From: Epiperipatus broadwayi
Taxonomy: Eukaryota; Animalia; Onychophora
NCBI GenBank assembly: GCA_028023455.1
Contig: JAQFVV010000005.1
Span: 7,812,001 to 7,876,000, forward strand
Reading direction: 5' to 3'
DNA: 64,000 bases
Part shown: piece by piece, positions 1 through 11,129 of the stretch
Numbering within the stretch: position 1 is the first letter of the stretch
How the letters are laid out: each line of letters begins with the position of its first letter
Translations under genes and position numbers: made by a program
The notes under the pieces: generated by a model
What the model saw: the letters and a program-made list of their open reading frames with translations, nothing else
The model's database searches: none
What the model was told of the DNA's origin: nothing

Positions 1-1429
1 TATAAACAATATTGTAGGTCATTTTTAATTGCTTTTGATAACTCATGTATTATTATTTCATGTAAATATTCTTTAAGTACATTTTAATTATCAACTACAT
101 TACAGTTTTATTTTATTAAGGCGAGCAAAGCTGATCCAATAATAATAAAAATAAAGGTATATAAGAGATAAAAAAATATTTTATAGTAAAAGCATGGATC
201 ATGCACTAAAAATTAAAAAAATAATTGTTTCTTCAACCATAAAGAGGAGTCCACCTAGGAATAGAGTTAATTAATTTTTGGACTAGTGCATGATAAATTA
301 AAGCTTTTCGTATAAAATATTTTTTCTATTATTTTTTATTTTTTAGTATCCAATATTTTGCAATTTCCTTTTTGTTAAGCAATCCATCTTTATATGAATT
401 CAATTTTAAATGATGCATTTATTACCTACTGTGTACATATATAAACTCAAGTGTCAAATTGATTTAGTTTTATTCATTCAAAGAATTGCACAAAGTATTT
501 AAAACAGTTTAACACTTCTACTTTATATATATTACTTGATATTTCTGCAATAAGTTAATATGTATTTAGTATGTGTACATTATTATATGTGTGTCTAATA
601 AATTATTAAATCAAGCTTTCAATTGAAACCCAAAAAATTATTTAAAACACATTAAGCTTGTTTTTAAAAGCTATCAATTGAAACCAAAAACATTTCTATA
701 CCACCCTATTGCCATTCTTACTTAACTATTTCACAAAGGTTATGAGTTTACACTCATTCTTCTGAAATTAAAATTTTTGTTTTCACTTTAAAATTGTAGG
801 AAAACCAAATGGACTATGCTTGTGCCAATATCATTCTCTGAGGTTCCATTTCCTTTTTCATATGATATACATGTTAAAATTAAACAAAAATTTGATTTTT
901 TAGTAATAAGTACATTTATTTATTTTTCTGCTTAATTTATTAGATTGTATAGAGAAAACAAAGGCATAAATGTTTTAAGAGCAAAATGTAATTAGAAAAT
1001 GGATTCAACATGCTTCGATGATTTTACTATTTCAAGGCCTTCATCCCAAAATAAAAGTAACATCATATACTATATGTAAGTATTCAATTTTAGATTTTAT
1101 TATTTCATAAATGTATAATTTATTAATGTGTTTGTCTGGTACTAGCATGACTGTGTAGTATATAAATTATATTTGTATTCATGTATTCAAATATAATGAA
1201 AATAGTGATTTTGATTGCATCTATAAAATTAGGCAATTATGTACAATGTAATTTGGGTGCTTTGATCCAAGTTTAAGGCAACCTTATTTTATAGACATAG
1301 TGATTCTCAAAAGATTTAATAATTTATTAGCATAATCTGTATTTGTATTAGTGTTTGTACTAGCATGTCTGTTTGTGTAACAAATAATGATTTTAACTGT
1401 ATCTATAAAATTAGGCTATTACAGAGCAG

Positions 1430-2000
1430 TGCAATGAAAATTTTAAGAGTAATTATCAGATATACAGAAAAGTTGCAGATGATGAAGCAATTACAAAATT
1501 TATTGGGCATAGTACCATGTGACAATATAAACTCTTAAAACTAATAAAGAGATTTCAAGTAGTGTGGGGTGATAACCACAAGGGTTATGTATTCCACATG
1601 GATGTGATGCAGACAAAGAATCAAATCCAGATTCTTGCATATGCCCTGTTACTCATGCTGTGGAGTCAGTAATTTTGCCATATCTTGCATCACATTATTT
1701 TCAAGTCTACAGCTAGCAAATGAGTTATATGCAAATAAATTATATCTCTCTGGGACAATAAATATAACAAGATAGCATCACTGGTGTGCACAAAAGATAT
1801 AAAATGAAGAGAGAAGACTCACTTTATCATTAATAAAGACAGTGGCCTTCAATTTCTGGTTTTAGATAGACAAAAAGCCAATTGCTATGATTACAAATGT
1901 ATATCTGCCTTCTGGAAATGATTTACTTTGTATCTTTTATTAGGAAAAAAAAAATTTTTATAGATGCCTTGAGATTTTTTATCTTCTAGGGTACAAGTAA
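1430..2000 (+). mobile_element. Very decayed hAT transposase fragment (ZMYM1/DUF4371-like)
   Basis: Frame-broken translations IIRY..KVADDEAITKFIG, DNHKGYV and KESNPDSCICPVTHA fall in the same order as the hAT motifs IIRYV..ERFLGF / RGQGYD / P.A.YVPC.AH. Many substitutions and stops; boundaries approximate. Confidence 0.3.
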
Positions 2001-2559
2001 ATATGACAAATTCTTATGGTTCTTTTTTTGTGAATTCTGAAGTTATGGATTATGACAGGAAAACAATATTATATATGGTTTGAATTAGAATTTTATGACA
2101 AATACAAAGAATTTATCAATGAAGATGTAATTTTAAACTTAGTTAATGATAAATTAGAAATTATGAATAAACAATAACATAATAATTTTTCGGATATTGA
2201 AATATCTTTTTTTTTTCCTTACTTTTTTAATGGTAATCATTACTTTTCTTAGCCTTACTTTTTTATTAGATTTTCTATTTTCTGTCAATATAGAGCAATT
2301 TGCTCTAACATTATTAAAATTGAAGTTATTGTGAAAATTGGTATCAAATCATTTTTTTTAAAATTCAATATGTCACAATACATTGCAAAACAGTTAAACC
2401 ATATCGATGAAACAAACATACAGAGAAGGTAAGCTGAATAAATGCATTTAAAAAGAATGCAGTTGATAACTAAAATATATTTCTAATTTATATATATAAG
2501 GAAGATATATTCTAAGCAGTAAAAATTTTTTAATATTTTATTATCTAAATTCTATTTTG

Positions 2560-2885
2560 AATTTATGTATTGAATACCAAATAAAAATTTTCTTTGCAAA
2601 TTCTCTCCACTTCTCTAATGTCCTCTCACATTATTAGAAAGTTTGATAATTAAAATATATTTACATATTCTACCATCAAGTCCTAGTTATACCCTCACAT
2701 TAGTAGAAAATTTGACAATTACAATTTATATATTCCATATTTAATTTTTGATTAAAAATAATCAATTTAAAACAAAAATAAAACAGACAATTCACTATAA
2801 ATAAAAAAATTATTTAATATATCAATCTGGCTTTCATTTCTTAATGGAATCTTTGCAAAATGTTTCTTTTTGCACAATCATATAA
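2560..2885. repeat. Interspersed repeat shared with 8485-8770
   Basis: 2735-2885 is the reverse complement of 8485-8615 (e.g. aagattccattaag.aatgaaagccag...tttatagtga.ttgtct). 2560-2670 matches 8675-8770 in direct orientation (aataccaaataaaa...ttctctcca...aaagtttgataattaaaatata). Confidence 0.65.
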
Positions 2886-3059
2886 CCAACTACCCTAGAG
2901 CAACTCTACCTAATGGATATTATTGACATTACATTACAATAAATATAATTAGTAAAATACACATATGTACATAAAAATGATTAAACTTATTACAATCATT
3001 TACTCTTTTTTCCCCCCATAATATTAAAAAATATTAATATTTTAAAAATTTAAAAAAAA

Positions 3060-4150
3060 AAATCTCTCTTTATTTTAAAGTTATAACTCTAAAGTTTCCA
3101 ATAATCTAACAATGCATATTTCTTCCTTAATTTTGTTGAAACTTTTAAACATGTTTACACAGTTGTTTAAATTTTCTCGAATGTACAAAGTTTTATAGCA
3201 CTTTCTTTCCTTGTAATTTTTAAAATAATTTATTATGTGAATATTTTTTTCACAATTCATTCTATGTCTAGTATCCAAAAAATATATATGTGGCCCTTCT
3301 GTTAATTGCTCTATCATGCTCCTTACCTCTTTCCATGGTAGCCTTTCCTGTCTAGCCTATATATATATATATCATATTGTAAAGATCATAACTAATTTTA
3401 TAAACCAACCCTATCTTATTTTTAATATTACCCATCTTTCTTGAATTAGACATCCATTCCCCTAGATTTACTATTTTTCCATTTATTTAAATATCATCAG
3501 ATAATTTTTCTTTTATCAATGTCTTATATAAATGTTCTGAATATGGAACTGAAACCAACTTCCTATTTGTATACCCATGCGTTATACTATTTTTTGTATT
3601 ATTATTTCTGAAAATCTTTTTATTATCTTGTCTTTTTTTATATTCAGTGCTAACCTACCATTTTTTAACTTAAACCCTTTCAAAGCTATTTTCTGCGACC
3701 ATGGCTGATATGAATTTGGATCAATAATACATTTTTTTAATCTTTAATATGTTTAATAAATATTTCACCATTAATTTCTGTTCTAAAAAAATGTCTAAAT
3801 ATTTTAATCTCTTCTCTTTTTCCATTGTAAACTTAGTATTGTATTTATTAAGCCAATAAACATCACATGACCACCACCTCTTATGCTTGTCTTGGATTGG
3901 ATGAGTAGGCACTAGATGGGGATTTTATGCACAAGCCTTCTGGCATCCATTGATTATTCTAGCTTGTTGTGTGTGGCAATATATATAGTGAATTTTGCCT
4001 GTTTTATTGTATTTATTATTGTTTAATTCTTTAAATGCATTAATAATACTTCTACTATTATCTATTACAATTATATCATCAACATATCTATGATATTCTA
4101 TAATTTCCTTATTTTTTATACTTATCAATTATATTTTCCTCTGTACAGTC
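3060..4150 (-). mobile_element. Penelope-like element relic (RT C-terminal half + GIY-YIG endonuclease), disrupted
   Basis: Minus-strand motifs in order: YHRYVDDIIVI, then NTKFTMEKEKRLKYLDIFL, then NSYQPWSQK, then GLVYKISY...YIG*TG...KEHDRAI...NYKERKCYKTLYI. This is the RT-thumb-GIY-YIG layout of Penelope-like elements. Stops and frameshifts are present. Confidence 0.8.
3851..4004. mobile_element. Family A short fold-back insertion (tail only, no ribozyme core) with 14-bp TSD
   Basis: TATTGTATTTATTA flanks it at 3837-3850 and 4005-4018. The interior matches the family A tail (ttggatgagtaggcactagatggggattttatgcacaagccttctggcatccattgatta) plus an inverted terminal piece (catcacatgaccac). Confidence 0.85.
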
Positions 4151-5259
4151 AATCATAATCAATAATAAAGTATTGTTAATGCATTTTTTTTGTTGATATA
4201 TTTTAATACAAAAATAGTAAGAAATATATTAATGTTAATGGAGTCAAGTGTGAAATATACTGGATCCTATTTGTAAATAATTTTAGTCAAGTATGAATTA
4301 TTTTAGTTGATTATAATTACTTAGTTAATATTAGTTTATTAAGTTTTGTTATATGTTAAATATTGTTTATTAAATATAAGATATGTGTAAATTATTTTTT
4401 AAATTTTGTATAATCTAACTATAATAAATGTTCATGCTTTTTTTTTAAATTAATGAAGTCTCATTTCTTGTTCTCAAATCATTGTTCATCATCATTGCCA
4501 CACATATATTATAATAATTGGATATATTTTGTATTATTGCACATAATTTGAAATTAGATAATAAATAAGAAAAATATGATAATTATTCAAGACATTTAAT
4601 ATTGTGTTTAAAATATTAACTAATTTAAATATTCTACATTATTTCAATAATCATAATGACGAATGAGTAATTAGCATGCCTTATAAAACCAGAAATAATT
4701 GAATTATAATACACTAAGATAAGATAATTAAATAGTGATAAGTGTTGGCTAATAATCTTTAATTTAATATATTTTTAGTCAATTTATAAGAAAAGTAGTT
4801 AATTATTTTAAAGATGACGAATTGATTATGATATTTGTTTTTTAATTATTTTAACTTCAGCTGGATGTAAATAAAATCCCTCTCTACATTTGGTTATGCA
4901 AATTAACTTATTCATTTAAGAAACAATATTTATCTGAGATGATTATTGAATTTAGGAATGTTAATAAAGGAGTGATATAAAATAGTTTCAATAACTAGAT
5001 GAATATTATATTATTAAATTCAACATAGGAATTTTAATATTCAATATAATTTACTTATTTTATTGCGAGTCATTGGAGTATCTTACTGGATGATTGGATA
5101 ACAAGTCTCATGATTATTGTGATTTTATGATTAAATAATTCATTAATATTGATATAATAATATATTAGATATGAAATGAGTAAGATTGATATTATTAAAA
5201 ATTTATTTAAAAGAAACAAATCTGATAAAACTGAGCTAGAAGTTTTTGTTTATATCTAC

Positions 5260-5475
5260 AACACATAATAGTTGGTGGGTTGGTCATCCAGTCAGGTTAC
5301 TATATCTAATGAATATCCTAACACCTCACTGATGACACTAGATGCAGAAACCGGTCTGGGGTTGATGGTATTCTCAAAGCTTGTTAAGAGTTTGTTTTGC
5401 GAAGTCTATATATAACATTTGTAAATACGAGCTTTATTAAAATTAGGTCATGTGACATCTGACTTGATTTTTTTA
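5260..5475 (+). mobile_element. Family B pLTR-like element carrying the hammerhead
   Basis: Its tail (tatataacatttgta...aaattaggtcatgtgacatctgacttgattttttt) recurs at about 28240-28306. 5' boundary approximate. Confidence 0.55.
5323..5362 (+). ncRNA. Minimal type I hammerhead ribozyme, family B (stem II degenerate)
   Basis: ACCTCA-CTGATGA(5329-5335)-cactagatgca-GAAA-CCGGTC-TGGGGT. Stem I ACCUCA/UGGGGU has 6 bp including one G.U; stem III is the palindrome ACCGGU; the site is GUC after 5356. Stem II does not pair as written. Confidence 0.6.
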
Positions 5476-5549
5476 TCAATATATATATATAATGAGAAAA
5501 AAGAGAGTTCAATCCTTTTTATGTGCATATATGTATTTTACAATATTTA

Positions 5550-8480
5550 TTGTAATGAAAGCATCTGTTAATTGAATGAAAATGCTTAAAACAGAAAGGG
5601 TATAAATAATGATATTGTGGGAGTATAAATATAAAGAAAATGATTATACTGAAAGTGGGTTCTTGATTTTTAAGCTGGGTTTAGAAAAAAAATAAGAGAG
5701 ATCTAGCTATAAAGACCATAGAGTGGACAAAGATAATGTTGTGGAAATGGGATGGAGCAGGATAGAGAAAAATATGGAAAAAATTTAGGGTACGGAATGG
5801 AAAGGGAAGGTAAGGTGGATAATGGGTTTCTCTGGGTATAGTGAATGAGAGATTCCTGACTCCAATAAAGGAGATGCCACAATCATTGCATGAAAATCAA
5901 AACAATTTATAAAGGGGTGGTAAGAAAGAAAGAAATTGTTAAAATTGAATATTTGAATATGCAAGATGGTAAGAGATCAGAAAAATGGTTGGAATTAAAC
6001 AAAGCAGTTAAAAATGAAGGGCTTTTGGGTATTAGCAGTAGTGGAAACACAGCTAAGAGAAGAACCTATGCTGGAAAATTTGGTATGACGGGGTATAAAT
6101 AGAAAAGAAAAAAGTGGTGGCAGTATAGGACTTATGTCAAAAAAATATTTAAATACTGTAAAGAGTCAATATCATTTGTGGTTTGAGATAAGGTTAGGCA
6201 AACAAAAATGGATGGTGGCTATAGTGTATATGGCCATTAGTGATAGTCAGACAATAATGGAGTGGAACAGTAGCATATATGAATACCTAATTAAGGATAT
6301 ACATAAGTTTCAAAAAGAGGGAAGAAAATAATGGTTATAGAGGATATGAATGGGCATATTGAAAAGTTGATGACCTGGATAACAAGAATGGACAGCTTTT
6401 GAAAACTTTTTTCAGAGTGAATTTGAGCATTGGAAATTTAGCAAATATTTATGAGGGGAAATACACATGGTCTAGAAATAATATATTTTACACAATAAAT
6501 TATATATTAGTAGAGAAGGAGAAAATGAATAAAGTACAGAAAATTAAAGTGTTTGTAATGAAGAGAGAATATAATAGTGGTCATAATTTCTTTATAGGAG
6601 AAATGGTTAGTAATGTGATGGAAAATAATAATAAAAGTAGAAAGAATAAAGAAAAATATAGATGGAGAGGAAATGTTAAGAATAAGTCAGAATAATTTAA
6701 AACAAAAGTAGAAGAAATAATAGAATAGTTTATTGGGGATGAATATAAGGATTAGTGTGGTGAAGTACAAAAAGTGGCAAATAGGATTTTAGGTGAGAAT
6801 ATTCAGAAGAATAAAAGTAATAGAAAAGTGAGAATTAATAAAAAGTGTAAAAGAGAAAAGGAAAGCATTCAGAAAATATAAATGTGCTATTAGAAACAAA
6901 AAAGTGGAAATGGGAAAACTATTTTAAAAAACAAGTTAAAAGATAATTATAGAGAAAGAATGAAATTAAATAGTGAATTATTGGAGGATATTAATAAAAA
7001 TGGAAGAGATAGGAATAAAAAAATTTGAAAATATATTAAAAGAAAATATAGGGGAAAGAAAAATAGTATTGTTAAATGATGAGGAAAAGAGTATAGCTCT
7101 AAAAAAGAATTAAATAATCTTAAATAAGTATGTAATAGATATAAAAAAGATGTTAGATGTGAAGGACAGAGTGATAACAAACATAAAAGCACATAGAAAT
7201 AGAAATATTAGCTTTACAGAAAATGAATTGAATGAAACAGGGAAGAAGTTGAAAAATGAGAAGGCAAGAGGTTTAGACAATTGGGTAGCAGAGATGTTGA
7301 TGAATTTAGGAAATAGAGCAAAATTAAATTTATTATTATACTTTAATAATATGACACAGAAGACAGAATTTCCAGATAACTAAAATAATACAAGAATGAG
7401 GCTATTATTTAAAGGAAAGAGTAAGGATCATATAAATATAAAAAATTATAGACTAGTAGTGGTAATGTCAATGTTATATAAAGTTTTTGCATATATGGTG
7501 GCTGGAAGACTGGCAAAATGGATGGAAGAAAATAATATATTGGGGGAAAATGCAAGGACGTTTTAGAATGGATAGGTGTATAGGAGATAGTTTATTTGCA
7601 GTTACACAACTTAATTGTGGTTATATATGGTTTTTATAATAGATATAGAGAAGACATATAATAGAGTAAATAGTAATAGATTATGGCTGTTTAGTAAATT
7701 TGGGAATGGAGCTTTAGTGGATGTTAAGAGATTGTATGAAAATAATTAATAGACATATCAATTTAGGAAACATAAGCTTAAATTAAAAATGAGGTAGGAC
7801 TAAGACAAGAATGGCCTATGTCATCTATTTTTTTTTTTGTTATATTTATGAGAAATGGAGAGAGCGATTGTGTTAGGAGGATTGTTGAGTGTTATAATGG
7901 CAAAGAATGGGACAGAAGAATAGATGCATTAATAAAAAATAAGGAGGTGAAGAACTAGTATGGAGAGTAAAAAGATTTTAAATATAAATAGAAGTAAACA
8001 ATATTGGTACAAGTTAATTTATAATAATAGCAAGGAAAGTAGTTTACTGTCAAAAGCTCAAACAGGATCGTTAGCAATAAGGGAGTGAGTATATACATAA
8101 ATGGAAAAATGTGGGTGATTTAGTCTGCTAAGTTTTGTAAGGAAGGCATGAAAAATATTAAGCATCTGCTAATTGAATGTAAATACTTTCAAGCAGAAAA
8201 TGTTCAAATAATGAAGTTGTGGGAAAATAAATATAAGTAAAGTTATTATATTTAGAAAGTAGGTTCTTGTTTTTTATGCTGTGTTTGGAAAAAGGAGGAT
8301 CTAAATATAAAAGCCATAATGTGGACAAAGATGATGTTGCAGAAATGGGATGGAGCAAGGTAGAGAAGAAAATGGGAAAAACTTAGGGTGGGGAATGGAA
8401 AGATAAAGTAAATTGGCAAACACATTTCTCTGGGCATAGTTGTTGAGAGATTCCAGACTTCAATATAACTATATCACATC
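5550..8480 (+). mobile_element. Decayed non-LTR retrotransposon (APE endonuclease-RT-C-terminal CCHC) with its 3' end also present upstream
   Basis: APE motifs YLNMQDG..EKWLEL, MVIEDMNGHI, TWSRNN..INYILV and SGHN. RT motifs LKNEKARGLDNW.AEML, FPDN* and NY..VVVMSMLYKVF. A degenerate C-terminal CCHC knuckle lies at about 8120-8180. About 5550-5880 repeats about 8135-8470. Confidence 0.85.
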
Positions 8481-9399
8481 ACAAGTGATTGTGTAAAAAA
8501 AATCTTGAAAAGATTCCATTAAGGAATGAAAGCCAGGGTTATATATTTAACAATTTTTTTATTTATAGTGAGTTGTCTATTTCAATTTTGTTTTAAATTG
8601 GTTGTTTTTAATTTTATATATATAGAAGGGAACATTAGAGACACATTTTAACACTGGCATTTGATCATTTAAAGTATTAATTTTTGATATATTAAATACC
8701 AAATAAAATTTTTACTCATTAATTCTCTCCATCGTATTTGTATAAAGTTTGATAATTAAAATATAGTTATATAATATTTACATGAAATAATTATCAATAG
8801 CAGTACCATAAAAATGTAACTTTTATTAAATATAATAAACAATAATTTTAAAGTAAATTATTTTATATTTCTCAAGTGATAATTTTTAAAATGCTTACTT
8901 GGTCCAAATAAAGTTTAAATAATTTAAAATATATTTATGCAATAAAATTTTACCTGGATTATCAAAAACTAATATCTCTTATTTCAATATGCAGGCTACA
9001 ATATCTTACTTTATCACATGAGAATATACATAAAGGGAAATGGTAAAAGTTTATCATCAGTATTTCTCTAACTGTACCCATGGCATTTCAAAATTTACTT
9101 TTTCTTCTGCTTAATGTATTTAAATTGACACCATAAAAGTTTATCAATTTTATAATGTTGTAACTGTGCTATTTTAAATTTTATTGTAGCACATGCTAAA
9201 TATATATTTTAACTAAAATTCTAAACATTTATCAAATTCATTATTATACCTGATCTAAACTGTTATTATTCAAATGACATCATCTGAAACAGTTATGATA
9301 TAGATTTTCCATGCATTTTATATTGCAAATTACAAATTTTTTAAAAATAATTAAGACAAAAATGTATATGCTAGTAAAATTCTATACTAAAAAAGAAAG

Positions 9400-9508
9400 A
9401 AATATCATGCAAGATTTTTCAAGATTAGTGCAATAATTGTTGAGTTATAAAGTCATAAGCAACCAACCAACCAACCAACAAACTTTCACATTTATATAAT
9501 AATATAGA
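9400..9508 (-). mobile_element. Non-autonomous Helitron-like 5' end with (GGTT)n microsatellite
   Basis: Minus strand reads A|TCTATATTATTATATAAATGTGAAAGTTTGTTGGTTGGTTGG..., the typical TC-start plus tetranucleotide repeat of short invertebrate Helitrons. No CTAGT 3' end was found. Confidence 0.45.
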
Positions 9509-9891
9509 TTACAACTTTTTTTAATGTCAGGATTAACTGATAATTTTTGATTAAATAGCCAAACTACTAATAATCTATAAGCTATAAAATTTTTGTAATT
9601 ATTATTTTTCATTTTTTATAACTGTATAATTATTTCTTATATCTTACTTATTTATTATTGTAATCCATTCTATTCTTGATCCTCTGTCAACAGTGTTATT
9701 TGTTCATAGCCTGAAAGGGCAATAATTTATTCCAGTAATTATTTTATGTAAAAAGGATTAGAATTTCACATTTCACAGATAGTATTACTACTTGTCTTGA
9801 AAAAATAGTTTTATTCTTTTTTATTGAAAATAAAAAACATTTTATAAAGTCACAAATGCAGTCTGATTAGTTAATTTGACAGAAAATTTTA

Positions 9892-11118
9892 TTAAGTGAA
9901 TTGTATGAGAATCTCCAGAGTGTCTTGATCAGTAAAATGATTTGCTTCATGACTTTCCATAATGCTCTCCTCTGCAGTTTTATAATCACATAAGTGACAT
10001 TTAAAAACTTCAGATGTAATTAGACAGAAGTCTCGCATGTGAGTTTTTTCTTTGTTTAAATTTAAGTTGAAAGATAATTGCTTTATGTGAATATACTTTT
10101 TGAGGATCAGCAAAGTACTTTGAGAGGCTGTGTTACAGTTATATAAATTGCACCGGAAAGAATGTTCTTCAGTATGACTTCTTATATGTATTTTCAATTG
10201 TTTTTGATCGTCAACTTTGTAATCACATAAGTTACATGAGATTTGTTTTTCTTTTATATGAGTTTTTTCATGTTTTTTTAGAAAGCATTTTAGGGCAGCC
10301 TTGTAATTACAAAAACTACACCTGAAAGGTCTTTCTCCTCCATGAACTTGTTTTTCATGTGTTTTAATGCGACTTTTTATAGCACACTTATAATCACAAA
10401 AACTGCATTGAAAAGGTTTTTCTCCTGTATGAATTTGTTCATGAACTTTTAGATGAAATTTTGAAACAGACTTGTAACCACACAAATTACAAGAAAAAGA
10501 ATTTTCTACTGTGTGGTTTCTTTCATGTGTTAGTAAATGGCATTTCTGATCAGTTCCGTAATCACAAAAGCTGCATTGAAAAAGTTTTTGTCGTGCATGG
10601 ATTTTTTCATGTCTTTTTAAAGATCCTTTTAGAGCAGACTTGTAATCACATAAACTACAAAAGAAAAGATTTTCTCCTGTATGATTTCTTTCATGTATTA
10701 TTAAGTTATATTTTTGAAAAGTGCTATAATCACAAAAACGGCATCGGAAAGATTTCTCTCCTGTATGAATTTTTTCATGCATTTTTAGAGAACTTTTTAC
10801 AGCAGACTTGTAACTACATAAACTACAAGAAAAAGGTTTTTCACCTGTATGGTTTCTTTCATGTCTTACTAAATGATATTTTTGAACAGCACTGTAATCA
10901 CAAAATCTGCACTGGAAAGGCTTTTCTCCTGTATGAATCTTTTCGTGTATTTTCAGAACACCTTTTGTTGCAGATTTGTAATCACAGAAATTACATTGGA
11001 ATGCTTTTTGTCCAGAGTGACGAATTTCATGGATATTTAAATATTTTTTTCTAGCAGTCCTGTAATCACAAGAACTGCAATGAAAGGATTTTTCTCCTGC
11101 ATGAGATTTTGAATGCAT
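9892..11118 (-). CDS. Tandem C2H2 zinc-finger protein (about 12 intact fingers + 1 degenerate); ZNF-1
   Basis: The ORF track starts at TTG 11127; the first ATG is at 11118. Repeated F.C..CDY.....L..HE..H motifs with TGEK-type linkers. An in-frame TAA at 11131-11133 closes the ORF upstream, so the true start may need an upstream exon. Confidence 0.85.
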   Translation of the reverse strand: MHSKSHAGEKSFHCSSCDYRTARKKYLNIHEIRHSGQKAFQCNFCDYKSATKGVLKIHEKIHTGEKPFQCRFCDYSAVQKYHLVRHERNHTGEKPFSCSLCSYKSAVKSSLKMHEKIHTGEKSFRCRFCDYSTFQKYNLIIHERNHTGENLFFCSLCDYKSALKGSLKRHEKIHARQKLFQCSFCDYGTDQKCHLLTHERNHTVENSFSCNLCGYKSVSKFHLKVHEQIHTGEKPFQCSFCDYKCAIKSRIKTHEKQVHGGERPFRCSFCNYKAALKCFLKKHEKTHIKEKQISCNLCDYKVDDQKQLKIHIRSHTEEHSFRCNLYNCNTASQSTLLILKKYIHIKQLSFNLNLNKEKTHMRDFCLITSEVFKCHLCDYKTAEESIMESHEANHFTDQDTLEILIQFT

Positions 11119-11129
11119 TTCAAACAATT

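Noticed and set aside
5260-5475. Hammerhead B as the inverted pLTR of the Penelope relic at 3.06-4.15 kb
   Set aside because: Orientation fits, but no matching pLTR was found downstream of the GIY-YIG and about 1.1 kb of unrelated sequence intervenes.
10461-11054. 197-aa plus-strand ORF (and 53524-53805 minus) overlapping the ZNF genes
   Set aside because: Antisense shadows of the periodic finger codons; no independent motif.
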